Source: Chiloscyllium plagiosum (taxonomy: Eukaryota). Taken from it: a DNA stretch of 64,000 nt. This document shows positions 12,193 through 24,511 of the stretch, piece after piece. Made by a program: the position numbers and the translations under genes. The notes beneath the pieces are model-generated. The model worked only from the letters and a program-made list of their open reading frames with translations, ran no database searches and was not told the origin of the DNA. The stretch spans positions 43,057,084-43,121,083 of the forward strand of contig NC_057731.1 in the NCBI RefSeq assembly GCF_004010195.1, written 5' to 3'. The first letter of the stretch is position 1. Each line of letters starts with the position of its first letter.

Positions 12193-12323
12193 CTGAGGTA
12201 CCTCATTTCTTCATTGTTTTTGTCATTATCTGTAACAATTTTTGATGTTGTCACTTTTACCTCCACACCATCGACCATAAACTTACGTGTTTTCTTCAAT
12301 GTTTTTTTCTGTTGCTTCATTTC
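12193..12323 (-). CDS. SLK: SLK coding exon (exon 10 equivalent)
   Basis: 131 nt, acAG|GAA...CTCAG|GTaaga. Encodes [44 protein letters not shown]. Confidence 0.96.
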
Positions 12324-12364
12324 CTGTTAAAGTTGCAAATACACAAACAAGTGATTGAAAGAGA

Positions 12365-12820
12365 CTACCTGTTGCCCAGTTTCCCTGCCATTCATCTGCT
12401 GCCCCAGTCTCTGTACTGTCAGAGCCCCAATGCTATCTGCCTACTCTGCCAGTGCCACTCCAGTCCCCTTTGGTTCCTGCAGTCTGCCCACTATGACAGT
12501 TCCTGGGCCATCCGCCTGCTGCTGTGGTCCTTGTGCCATTTGTTTGGCCTACTCTGCTGACCCAATCCCTGTCCAGACCACTTGCTGCCCTGGACCCCAT
12601 GCTGAGCATTTGCCGTCCCGGTCCTTGTGCCTTTTACCTCAGACCAGCTGCAATTCACCTGCCGATCCTTGATCCTTGTGCTATCCACCTGCTGCTCTAA
12701 TTCCCCATGTTGTCTGCTTTCTGCCCCAGTCCCAGTGCTCTTTCCCTGTCACTTAGGTCCCTGTGTTGTGTCCTGCCACCTTGGTCCCTGTGTTGCACCC
12801 ATCCCTGAGCTGTCTGTCAA
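12365..12820. repeat. Degenerate C/T-rich low-complexity minisatellite-like tract in SLK intron 9
   Basis: Recurrent CTGCTGCCCCAGTC / CCCAGTCCC / GGTCCCTGTGTTG units, which generate Cys/Pro-rich spurious ORFs. Confidence 0.55.
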
Positions 12821-12958
12821 CCAAATCAATCAAAAATTTCAATAGAGGCTCCTCACCATCTTCTCAGAAGTGACTAGTGATATTCAATAACTTCAATATA
12901 CTCCACTGAAAACCAAAATAAAAATGTGATTTTTCTGTGCCTGAATTTGATTTGTTAC

Positions 12959-13254
12959 CTGAAGTGATATGGATCCAGTCTCCTTGTTGCGGGACAAGAA
13001 GCTGGATATGGACAGGCTTAAGTCTATGCTGTTGTTGTCTGCCATTGACCCGCTCCCAGAATCCGCATCTCTCTCTTTCTCTTTACCCATGCCCTTCGAT
13101 TGTGCAGCAGGATCCAAATTTTCCTTCATTTCTTCAGTGGTGACACTGATTTCAGGGATCATCTCCAGCTTTATGTCATCTGGACTCTCACTCTCTGTTT
13201 CCCTCACTTTATATGGCATAGCATCTTGTGTTTCATTCAACTCGCCACTCTGTG

Positions 13255-13290
<36 letters not shown>

Positions 13291-14167
13291 AAGGGTTAGT
13301 TTCAGATTGTGCCTTAGTTTCAGCCTCTGTCTCTGAAGTGTACCCTACTTTTACACCACTCTCAGTTACAATTTTTATCTCACAACATCCTTCACCTTCC
13401 ACTGATTGCGTAGCAGAGTTTACTTTGAGATCATCAGCCTGCTTCTCCTCTTTTGCTTCTTCACTGGGAAGAGCTGGGGTGTTTACAGTTGACTCTGTCA
13501 CATCCTGTTTTCCTTCCCCAGGAATTACATCCATTGTTTCTTCAGGTATATGCTCTTTCGATTGCACACTGATCACTGTTGCACTGGAAGCTTCCCTTGC
13601 TGCTTCTTGCTCACTTTTCTCTGCTTGTGTTTCTGCCAAGGCTTCTGTCACCTCAGGGTTGGTTGTTTTGTTCTCTCTCTCCACTTTATCTTCATTTGGC
13701 TCTGTGTCTGCCTCTTTCCCTTTTCCAGTTGCATTTTCCTTTTCTACCTCTGACACTTTGACTCTTTCATTTTCAGGTTTTCTAACATCCTCATGCACCT
13801 CAACTTCTTTCAGAGATTGTTCAGTGCTTTCATCAGCTTCTGGGATCTCCACATTTAGCTCTTCGGTCTCAGATTTTTCTTCGAACGGCACAGGTTTCCC
13901 AACCTTGGTATCCAGTTTCTCACTACCTCCTTGTACATCTTCATTATTGGTGTCAGCAGCATTGTTCTCCGTTGGCTTCTCCCCTTCACTGGTACCAATC
14001 CCTTCATCTGACAGCTTGTCGCTGACCTTGTCTGTATTTTCTTCAATGGACTCTGTCTCCATTTTCTCAGAAACTGCCTCAAGGACTGAGGGAGACTGGG
14101 ATAATTTTTCATCCTCAGAGCTGGCTGTGCTGATATCTGATGGGGCACGTTTATGTCCTGGCAAAGC
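12959..14167 (-). CDS. SLK: SLK large coding exon (exon 9 equivalent), acidic disordered linker
   Basis: 1209 nt (403 codons), ctAG|GCT...CAG|GTaac. The ends ALPGHKRAPSDISTASSEDEKLSQ and DSGSGSMADNNSIDLSLSISSFLSRNKETGSISLQ resemble SLK rather than STK10. Confidence 0.95.
13258..13290 (-). repeat. Pure (CTG)11 microsatellite encoding poly-Ala10 in SLK exon 9
   Basis: Direct count of 33 nt, translating PS-A10-VTQ on the coding strand. Confidence 0.95.
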
Positions 14168-14579
14168 CTAGGAGAATATAGCATAAAGCTTTTTTTATTG
14201 TGTAATTCAAGTACATTAGACAGTTAATTTATTTCAGAGCTCTACTCACAGCTAGTTCCATCCATGAATCAAGGGCATTTCAGTATCATATCAAAGAATG
14301 ATGATCATACCGCCACTCATACTTAGAAATTTTGAGACACATATTGCAGTAACTACACAGACAACAATGGCAGAAGATCAACAACGTAGTGAAATTCAAA
14401 TTCAAGAAAATGTCACTCAAGCCAAAGATGCATTAACAGTGCATTAACCTTCCATTGTGACACAATCTAAAAAGGAGTCAAAAGATTCTTCTTCAAGTGA
14501 ACAGCCCCTTTCCACTACTAAATAAGGCAGAAGAATGTGAATTTTCAAGTCACTCTCATAAAAGAATATACTGTGGATC

Positions 14580-15640
14580 CTTTTTTATATTTATTCATAG
14601 GTTAGGATGATTCTGGCAAGGCCAGCATTTATCAATCATCGCTAACTGCCACTGAGGTGATAGTAAATGAATGCTTTGGGCCCATGCGATCAAATATATG
14701 GTTAGTAACCAATGGTAACAGGGGAAAATCCAGGATGTTGAGATGACAACAGGAAAGATGATAAATTTTCAATTCAAGACGAAGAGCACTTTGCTTGTGA
14801 TGGTGTTCTCATGTTTCTGCTGGTATTGTTATCCCAAGATACTGGTTTAGAAGTTGCACTGAAGGTGGTTTGACAAGTTGACACAATACATCTTGCCAAG
14901 ATTGGAGGGTTTGTGCTATAGGGAGAGGCTGAATAGGCTGGGGCTGTTTTCCCTGGATGGTTGGAGACTGAGGGTGACCTTATAGAGGCTTATAAAATCA
15001 TGAGGGAAATGGACAGGTTAAATAGGCAAAATATTTTTCCTGGACTGGAAGAGTCCAGAAGTAGAGAGCATAAGTTTACAGTGAGAGTGGAAAGACTTAA
15101 AAAGGGAGCTAAGGGGCAATTTCTTTACGCAAAGGATGGTGCATATAGGAATGAGCTGCCAGAGGAAGTGGAGATGGCTGATATAATTACATTTGAAAGC
15201 CATCTGGTTGGGTACACGAATAGGAAAGGTTTAGAGAGATATGGGTCAAGTGCTGGCAAATGGGTCTAGATTAAGTTAAGATATCTGATTGGCATGGACT
15301 AATTGGACCAAAAGGTCCATTTCTATGCTGCACATCTCTTTGTAGATGGTAGACTCTGCTGCCACGGTGTGCGGTGGAGGAAGTGAATGTTTAAGGTGGA
15401 AGATGGTGTGTCAATAACCTGTGCCATTTTATCTTGGATGGGGTCAAACCTGAGTGTTTTGGAGTCGCATTTGCCCAGAGAAATAGGGAATATTCCATCA
15501 CACTCCAGATTTGAGCATTGTGGATGATGGGCAGACTGCAGGAAGTGAAGAGATGAGTTGCTCGCTGCAAAATTACTAGCCGTTAACCTACTTTCTTAAG
15601 TTGATCCAGCTAAGTTTATGATCAATGGAGAGATGGTTAC
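14580..15640 (-). mobile_element. Old LINE 3' fragment (L2/CR1 group) interrupted by a younger CR1
   Basis: TTTATTCATAGG..GGCAAGGCCAGCATTTAT tail, shared with about 50470-50985. Continues after 15340 (TTGTAGATGGTAGACTCTGCTGCCAC). Confidence 0.6.
14893..15340 (+). mobile_element. CR1 LINE 3' fragment
   Basis: GDLIEAYKIMREMDRLNRQ..FP ORF2 C-terminus followed by the CR1 tail. Confidence 0.88.
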
Positions 15641-15687
15641 ATCCCTGCCCTTTGCTGTTTTGTGAAATTACAAACTATTATTAACAA

Positions 15688-17212
15688 AGAAATAATGAAG
15701 AGGATTGACGACGGCAGAACGATAGACGTGATCTTATATGGACTTCAGTAATGGTTCCACAAGGCTCCTTATGGTAACTAATTAGCAAGGTTAGAACACG
15801 TTGAATACAGGGAGAACTAACCATTTGGATACAGAACCGGCTCAAAGGTAGAAGACAGAGGGTGGTGGTGGAGGGTTGTTTTTCAGACTGGAGGCCTGTG
15901 ACCAGCAGTGTGCCACAAAGATTGATGCTGGGTCCACTGCTTTTAGTCATTTATATGAATGATTTGGATATCAATGTAGGAGGTATGGTTAGCAAGTTTA
16001 CAGATGCACCAAAGTTGGAGGTGTACTGGACAGCAAAGAAGGTGGGTGACACGGTGGCACAGTGGTTAACACTACTGCCTCACAGCACCAAATACCTGGG
16101 TTCAATTCCTGCCTCAGGCAACTGTCTGTGTGGAGTTTGCACATTCTCCCCGTGTCTGCGTGGGTTTCCTCCGGGTGCTCCTGTTTCCTCCCACAGTCCA
16201 AAAATGTGCAGGTTAGGTGAATTGGTCATGCTAAATTGCCCATAGAGTTAGTTGAAGGGATAAATGTAGAGGAATGGGTCTGGGTTGTTTGCTCTTCGGA
16301 GGATTGTTGTGGACTTGTTGAGCCGAAGGGCCTGTTACCACACTGTAAGTAATCTAATTTTAAAAAAAAAGGTTACCTGCGTACAACAGTATCTTGATCA
16401 GATGGGCCGATGGATCAAGGAGTAGCATTTGGAGTTTAATTTAGATAAATATGAGGTGCAAATCAGGACAGGACTTATACACTTAATGGTAAGGTCCTGG
16501 AGAGTGTTGCTGAATAAAGAGACCTTGAAATGTAGGTTCATAGTTCCTTGAAAGTGGAGTCACAAATAGATAGGATAGTGAAGGCAAAAGTTGGTATGCT
16601 TGCCTTTCTTGGTCAATGCATTGAGCATAAGAGTTGGGAGGTCATGTTGCAGTTGTACAGGACATTGCCGAACCAATTTTTGGAATATTGTATGCAATTC
16701 TGGTCTCCCTCCTACTGGAAGAATGTTGTGAAACTTGAAAGGGTTCAGAAAAGATCCACAAGGATTTTACCAGTTTGAGCTATAGGGAGAGGCTGAATAG
16801 TCTAGGGCTAGCTTCCCTGGAGCATGAGAGGCTGTGGGGTGGGCCATTTAGAGGTTTATAAACTCACGAGGGGCATAGATAGGGTGAACAGCCAAATTCT
16901 TTTCCCTGGGGTGCAGGAGTCAAAAACTCGAGGATATAGTTTAAGGGGAGAGGAGAGAGATTTAAACGGACCCAAGGGGCAACCTTTTCACAGAGGGTGG
17001 TGTGTCTCTGCAATGAGCTGCCAGACAAAGTGGAGGAGGCTGGTACAATTACAACATTTAAAAGGCATCTGGATGGGTATATTAATAGGAAAGATTTAGA
17101 GGGATATGGACCAAATGCTGGCAAATGAGATTAGATTATTTTAGGTATATCTGGTCGGCATGGACGATTTAGACCAAAGGGTCGGTTTCCATGCTGTACA
17201 TCTCTATGACTC
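15688..17212 (+). mobile_element. 5'-truncated CR1 LINE containing a SINE insertion
   Basis: RT motifs VVEGCFSDWRPVTSSVPQ..LGPLL..YMNDLD..SKFTD, CR1 tail, and TSD TATTAACAA at 15679-15687 and 17213-17221. Confidence 0.9.
16044..16370 (+). mobile_element. HE1-like V-SINE
   Basis: tRNA-like head GGTGGCACAGTGGTTAACACT..GGGTTCAATTCC and V-domain TGTGGAGTTTGCACATTCTCCCCGTGTCTGCGTGGGTTTCCTCCGGG. CR1-like 3' end; flanked by AAGGT repeats. Confidence 0.85.
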
Positions 17213-17733
17213 TATTAACAACCTGTGATAAGAATAAGGCAGCATTTGATGAAACCTTGCAAAGCTCCAAGACAAACTCATGTCCCCTTGATGAACAATA
17301 TTGCAAAATGGCAAGTGGCTTAAGATCCAGGTTTCTTAACGAGTGAGCCTTTCAACTCTAATCACTGAAATAAGGAATCCTTTAAATTTATTATTGAAAC
17401 CTTTTTCCCATATAGACTTGTCTAGCTTCCCCTTGAATTCATTTTTATTATTTGTTTCAACTACTCCCTGTGGTAATGGGTTCTACATATTCACCACTGG
17501 GTAATGAACTTTCTTCTGAATTCCCTATGAGATTTTAATTAATAAATACCTCCCCACAATAAAGTGCTTTTTGTTCCGATATTCAAAGGTCGATGACATT
17601 CAGGTTCCTGCAAATTGAAGTACAAGGCCTGACAAATCAGTACCTTCTACCCAATTCAAGGTGATTCAAATCAAAGATTAAATGGATGACTGTGCTTGGA
17701 CACAAAACTGGAAAGCAAGTAACCTAACCATCA

Positions 17734-17928
<195 letters not shown>

Positions 17929-19089
17929 CTAGAAAGGGGAAAAAAAAAACAGATTTAGAAAAACAAAACTAACTTACACACAATAGGCCATGGTAATCCC
18001 AAATCTGTGACCACCAAGAAAAATACAGCAGAGGCATGCACAAGGCACTCATCATCATAATTTGGAACTATATTGCCATTCCTTAACTGTCGCTAAGTCA
18101 AAAGCCTGGAATTCCTTTCCTCCCAGCACCGTGTACCTACAACACACTGATTATAGCAGTTCAAAAAGATGACTCACCACCAGCTTCTCAAGGGTATTTA
18201 GGGATGGAAAATAAATGCTAGCCAAGACAGTGACACACACATGCAAATAATGGATCTAAAGAAAATACCTCATGTCCTGAGCTACTGCCAGTCATCAGAT
18301 ATGTGTCCCAAATTTGGCTCCCCCTCTATCACTGTGATGTAACTGCATCAGGCAGCAGTACAGCATTCATTGAGAAAGGAAAGAGATGTTGAGGCTCTAC
18401 CATGTTCTTAAGGTCTCCAGCATCACTTACACCAACCAATTTTAAACATGAACCGAAGCTGACCTGGAGCAAAATGGCCTATATTTCCACAGAGCTTAAG
18501 AAAACCCAAAAATCTGAAAAAACAGCCAGAAACGTAAATAGACCTGATGGAACATCATCCATATGAAAAATTAACTATTTCCTTCCACAGATGATGCCCA
18601 AACCTAAGTTTTTCCAGCCTTTTCTGTTTTATTTTAAAAAAGAAATGCAGTGGTCATCAGCATTGAACAGTTAATATCTCAGGCAGGATCATTCTACTGA
18701 TCCGGATCTTAAGTGGAATGCTAATTTGTCTCTTCAGATGCTGCTGCATCTATCATACAATTCTAGAATGCTCCATTTCAATTTCTTAAGTTTTTACCCT
18801 TTGCTGCAGATAATAAAATGAACAATAAGAGTTGGTTCTGAATTAGTATCAGAAATGGATTAATGGGGAATGTGACTGATTCTGGATCAGCACAGAGAAA
18901 AGGTGTAATGGAAAATACTATTAATTCTGGATTAGCATTGTGAAAAGGTTAATGAAGTGGAACAGGTTCAGAATCACTTGACTGAATTAAAGCTTACTTG
19001 CTGTCAAGATGCTTCCAAAACACTATTGCTTGATGAGCACCTTACATGTTCTCAGCGCCAATGATCTGGAGCTCACAAAATCTCTAACT

Positions 19090-19581
19090 CAGGGGTTTCC
19101 AAACAATAAAATTTTGGGGTCACAAAGGCCTTAATGGCAGTTATAGAACAATGAGACAGTTTAATTATACTATCGTTTCCCGTGTGCTCTGCGGGAAGAT
19201 TCTGGCAGACACTGGCCTCCATTTTGGTGCCTTGAGTTCGATCCAGTGATAATCAGAAAGTAGAATTTGGGAGGAATGGAGTAAGTGGGAGGTTGGTGAT
19301 GATGTTTGTTATAGATACCTCTATTTTATATTGCAGTTGGAATCATAACTGTCTGTTCTCCAGGGTACATTTAGTTCACTATACACTTCTATGTTTAAGA
19401 CAACACAAGTATTTTGAGGTGTAGTTCTACGACAAATACATGTATGCCATGACTCAATTTGTGTACAAAAGTTGCTGTACAACTGGAAATGTTCCCCCGC
19501 TCACCCACTCATTGATCTCTCCACCCCCTTCATAACTCTGGGATCGTGTAAATTCAAAAACACTAAAATGAGAACACAGTG
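19090..19581. mobile_element. Possible hAT-type MITE
   Basis: Left end CAGGGGTTTCCAAAC..GGGGTCAC and right end GGGATCGTG..TGAGAACACAGTG. The TIRs and 8-bp flanks are only loosely similar. Confidence 0.35.
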
Positions 19582-20932
19582 GTAAAACTGTGAACCAGTA
19601 TTTTAATGCAAATGTAGGTCCACAAGCAAGCATCGAACAAACAGCTCTGATTTATACTCACAGATGATTGGGGCATTAGGCCAAAACAGCAAAATCTGAT
19701 AGACATGAAACTGCTATTTTTCTTATGATCTTCGTACAAGAGAATGTAGACGCCACAAAGCAGCTCTGTGTTCCCTTCAGCTGTTTCTGTTTGAATTCTA
19801 AATCTGCAGACTCTGATGGGATATTCCAATATAGAAACCAGCTGTTGCACAGAATGTGGCCTATAAATTCTGACAGGCCAGTGAAGCTCCACCTGCACCC
19901 AGAACACAACAGAATGCCTGGGCCTCTCCCGTCACTCCACGGGCTAATGCACTGTCCACCTGACACTGAACCATAAGAATCCGAAAAGACTGAAGTTCCA
20001 TCCTTAGACTGAGCTGAATTAACTGATCAATATTCCTGAGTTGAGTGACTGGAAAAATTGACCAGGAATTTCAGTCTTCAAACATTACCTTGTGACAACT
20101 ACAAGAAACTGCCTATCTTTACGGTTCAACTTAGGGCAGGATCAGACGCCAGTTCCATGCTGCTTTACTTGTGATCTGCTAATACTGAGATCTGAATCAA
20201 ACTGACAGAGCAGACAGGACTCTAGAGATTTGAAGATACAGTGCAGCACTCCCTTAGTGTACCTTTGATTATTAGTGCAGCCTTCTTCTAGGAAAAGAGC
20301 ATTACTGACAAGAGCATCATTTATTGCTAAGGTCCAATTGTTTGAGAAGATGGTATAGCTTGAATTGCTATAATCCATTTGGTGCAGATAAAATCAGTGT
20401 CGACTTCTCTGTGATGGTTTTGATGTAACAGAGTGGCTTGAAAGACCTCGTCAGAGAGCATTTAAGAGTCAAGCACATTGCTGTGTATCTGGAGTTACGT
20501 GTAGGCCTGCCTGAGTAAGGATGGTGCATTTCATTCTCTAATGAATGCTCATGAAGCAGATGGGGCTTTTTAAAATGGTAGTTTCACAGTACCATTATTT
20601 AGACTAGTTTTTTATGACAGATTTATGAATTAATTGAATTTAAATACCATGCTGATGGGAACTGAACACGTCTCTGAAGGATTATTTCCAAGTCTCTGGG
20701 TCACCAATGCAGTAACAATATTATAAATGTTAACAGTTCCATTTGCAAAAGTCAGTTATCTTTGTAATTTGGACTGCTCACAGTTAGGTCTTAAATGGTC
20801 ACAGTTGTATATTACAATCAGGACGAATGACAATAACATCTTAATATTGTTCGGTTCAGTATCCCCTGGTGCATGTCAGAATGTGAAGCTGTTTCCCATT
20901 CAGTATTTGTCAAGCACTGATTACATACTCAC

Positions 20933-21014
20933 CTGTAGCAACTGCTGGGATGACCACCTCATCTCAACATTCTTCTCCAATGCCTTTTTCAGGAAATCAC
21001 TGAACTCAGGAGAC
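20933..21014 (-). CDS. SLK: SLK coding exon (exon 7 equivalent), kinase subdomain XI
   Basis: 82 nt, gtAG|GTCT...CTACAG|GTgagt. Encodes SPEFSDFLKKALEKNVEMRWSSQQLLQ. Confidence 0.95.
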
Positions 21015-21591
21015 CTACACAAAGAAACAGCAGTCACTAGATGGTATGAAAGAACTTTATGAACACCTCATCATAACTATCAGAAACATATCAACATGGA
21101 GGTATGCACAGTGAGATCCCATGAACTGCAATGAAACAAACTTTCACAAAAGGCATGAAATGCAGGGATTAGAAATGGAAAACAATAACTGCAAAAGTCA
21201 GTCAGCAACTGGTGTCCAGCTCTGATGAAGAGTTACACACAATGCGTGAATTTTGGCTGTTAGGCTCAGCCAAAATCATCACAGAAGTCAACACTGAATT
21301 TATTAGCAGCACAGGAGGGCATTGGACTATTGTGCCCACACAATGACAGATCAGACAAGATGCCTGATGTATGAATGCTTATACTTACAGGGGTGTAATT
21401 TTAAAGATCCAACATACAAACATTTCCTGTACTAATGAATGCCTACTTTATATTCTCTTCATTGTGTTCGATTTGTATGCAAATGACTTGCAAACAGACT
21501 CAAGAACAGAAACTGTTTGCAACAAAGGGATGGCCTGTACACAACTACACTACAAATGATGACCAACATGGCGTGAGTATCCAAAATTTGA

Positions 21592-21907
21592 TTAGTTCTG
21601 AAGAGGGTGTGCAGGTGCTGGACTGGGGAAGACAAGGTCAGAAGTCATACGACACCAGATTATAGTCCAACTAATTTATTTGATATCACAAGCTTTCAGA
21701 GTGCTGTCCCTTCTTCAGGTGAAGTCACCTGACAAAACAGGCAGCACTCTGAAAGCTTGAGATTTCAAGTAAACCTGTTGGACAATAACCTGGTGTCATA
21801 TGACTGCTGACCTTCTGAAGGGTCACTGGACCTTAAATGTTGACTCTGCCTTCTGTCCACAGATGCTGCCAGACCTGCTGAGTTTTTCTGACAATTTTTG
21901 TTTTTGA
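21592..21907. mobile_element. Hammerhead palindrome element (21634-21814) inserted in the hammerhead core of a second PLE-derived element
   Basis: About 180 bp hairpin centred on CAGGTGAAGTCACCTG. The outer element reads TTCTGAAGA[insert]GAAGGGTCACTGGACCTTAAATGTTGACTC..CACAGATGCTGCCAGACCTGCTGAG. Confidence 0.78.
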
Positions 21908-22045
21908 AATCTGTTTAAATGATGCAACTTAGCAATAGATATTCAACTTCCTACTCATCTTTCAATAGTGTCATAATCTCTTCAACATCCACCTGAGCAG
22001 GTAAAGGGAGTGTCAGTTCATTCTAGTCAGCAGAGAAATCTTTCA

Positions 22046-23135
22046 ATCATAGAGTCATACAGCATGGAAACAAACTCTTTGCTCCAACTCAACAATGCCA
22101 ACCAGATATCCTGAACTAAACTAGTTTCACTTGCCAGCATTTGGCCCGTATCTATCTAAACCCTTCCTATTCATATACCTATCCAGATGCTTTTAAATAT
22201 TCTGATTGTATCAGCCTCCACCACTTCCTCTGGCAGCTCGTTTCATACACGCACCAACTCTGCATTGAAAAGTTACCTTTCAGATCCTTTTTAAATCTTC
22301 CCCTCTCACTTTAAACCTATGTCCTCTAGTTTTGGACTTCTCCAACCCTTTGAAATAGACCTTGACTAAATTCATGCCATTCATGATTTTATAAACCTCT
22401 ATAAGGACACCCCTTAGCCTCTGTTGCTCCAGGGGGAGAAGGTCCCAGCCTATTTAACTTTGCCCTGTAACTCAAATCCTCCAGTCCCAGCAACATATTT
22501 GTCAATCTTTTCTGCACCCTCTCAAGTTTAACAACACTCTTTTTGTAGAAAGGCAACCAGAACTCTACGCAGTATTCTAAAAGTGGCATCATCAACGTCT
22601 TGTACAGCCACAACATGATCTCCCTACTGCTATACTCAATATACTGACCGATGAAGGCAAGTGTGCCAAACAACTTCTTCACCACCCTGTCTACCTGCGA
22701 CTTCACTTTCAAGGAACTACGCACCAACATTTCTGGGTCTGTTTGGTTACACTCCCCAAGGCTCTATCATTATCTGCAAGTCTTGCACTGGTTTGCTTTA
22801 CCAAAATGCAACACCTCACATTCATCTCAATTAAACTTCATCTGCCACTCCTCGGCCTACTGGCCCATCTGATCAAGGTCCCATTGTACTCTGACATAAT
22901 CTTCGAGTGTCCACTAACCACCTCTTTTGACGTAATCTGCAAACTTATTATATGCCTTTTATATTCACATCCAAATCGTTATATGAATAACAAAAAGCAA
23001 GGGACCAGCACCAGTACCTATGCCACACCACTGGTCAGAGGCCTCCAGTCCAAAAAGCAGCCCTCTACAACCACAATCTGTCTGCTATCTTCAAGCCAAT
23101 TTTGAATCCAATTGGCTAACTCCCTCTGGATCACA
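22046..23135 (-). mobile_element. CR1 LINE 3' fragment
   Basis: ORF 22389-22730 SSLKVKSQVDRVVKK..LEYCVEFW..LERVQKR, and the reversed tail TCATAGAGTCATACAGCATGGAAAC. Confidence 0.9.
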
Positions 23136-24511
23136 TGCAGAGAAGTATTTAAATGCTGCCCTGCTACTGTCACCATTTCCCATTAGAAAGAAGTGTCCAA
23201 CATAGGTTCTCGGATTTCTGACACCTGCCATTAGTGCTCTTCACTGGACAAATGATTACGCTTGAAAGATTTGGAGATCTAGCACCAGCCAATACACATT
23301 AAGCATTCCTCCTACAAGGAGGAATGATGCAATCTACAGAACCCCAAAAAAAGCATCATTATGGAGAGCTATACTCACCAGCATAATGCTATTTTGATAG
23401 GTGTAGTAAGGCAGAAAAAGAAAAGATCTGCTGGTAAATCCAGACTCATAGGTGGAAGCTTAGTGGCCTCACAGCCAGCCAGCTGGGTTCTGTTCATCAC
23501 TGATGGTGGCAAAGGCATTTGTGCTCGTAGATGATTTGGATTGATAGCTGCAACCTCCAAGTTCTCCACTCAAAAGTCATCCTAAACTATGTGGTGAAGT
23601 TCTATCATAAGGTTTAAATCCATGGGCTTCTGATGTGTGGGTGACAAACCACCTGAGACAAGCTGCACCCATCTAGGCAAAATTCCATCACATTTCTGGC
23701 TTGTGCCTTGTAGATGGTGAACAGGCACTTAGGAAATAGGCAATGTAACCCAATGCAGTAATCCCTATTTGATCTTCACTTGTAGACATTCAATATTCTA
23801 GGTGTGGCCTCACCAAGGCCCTGTATAGTTCCAACAACATATCTCTACTCCTGTACGCAAATCCTCTCACAATGACAACCAACTTACCATTTGCCTTCTT
23901 TACTGCCTGCTGCACCTGCATGCTTACGTTCAGCAACTGACTGAATCAGCAAATCAGTAATGTGTTTTCCAGCAAATATTATAGAGTTATGAATAGATTC
24001 TCTCTTGTTGGATATTCCTGGCACATATGTAGCATGTAAAGTTCATGTCACAAAGTTCATGCCTGGTCTTGGTCATGTTGTCTAGGTTTTTATGTGGATG
24101 GATACAGGACTCCAATGACTAAAACCAGCTTCCTCTGAAATAGTTACAATTCTAACCAGCAGAAAAGTTTCCTGATTCACAATTACTGTGGTTTTGCTGG
24201 GATTCCTTGATGATATTCTTGGTCAAATGCAGCCTGGATGTTAAGAGTAGTCACTCACCTCATCTCTGGAATTTAGCTCTTTTGTCCATCTTTGGACCAA
24301 GATTGAGGTCACAAGTCAAGTGGCCATGGAGACACCCAAATTGAGCATCAGTGAGCAGGTTATTGCTTTGCAAGTGCTGCTTGGTTGCACTGTTAATGAT
24401 CCTTTCCATTACCATGCTGATGATCAAGATTACACTGATAAGGCAGTAATTAACTTAGTTGAATTTGTCCTGCATTTTGTGTGCAAGACATAAGTCAGCA
24501 TTTTTTCTACA

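Noticed and set aside
13223-13234. ETQD, resembling the reported DTQD caspase-3 site of mammalian SLK
   Set aside because: It lies much further into the poorly conserved linker than the mammalian site and lacks the P4 Asp. Homology cannot be supported without an alignment.
12969-14171. 400-aa plus-strand ORF antisense to SLK exon 9
   Set aside because: Shadow ORF coextensive with the exon. In this offset frame, stops need Tyr codons or T-preceded His/Gln codons in the sense frame, which are scarce in this acidic exon. The product is Ser-rich low complexity.
16044-16115. tRNA-like sequences (also at 11359, 38435, 53296, 58397)
   Set aside because: They are SINE heads followed by SINE bodies and LINE-derived tails, with no complete cloverleaf.
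21215-21260. Isolated CTCTGATGAAGAG motif
   Set aside because: No stem II or GAAA follows. At most a very old relic, so it is not counted as a hammerhead.
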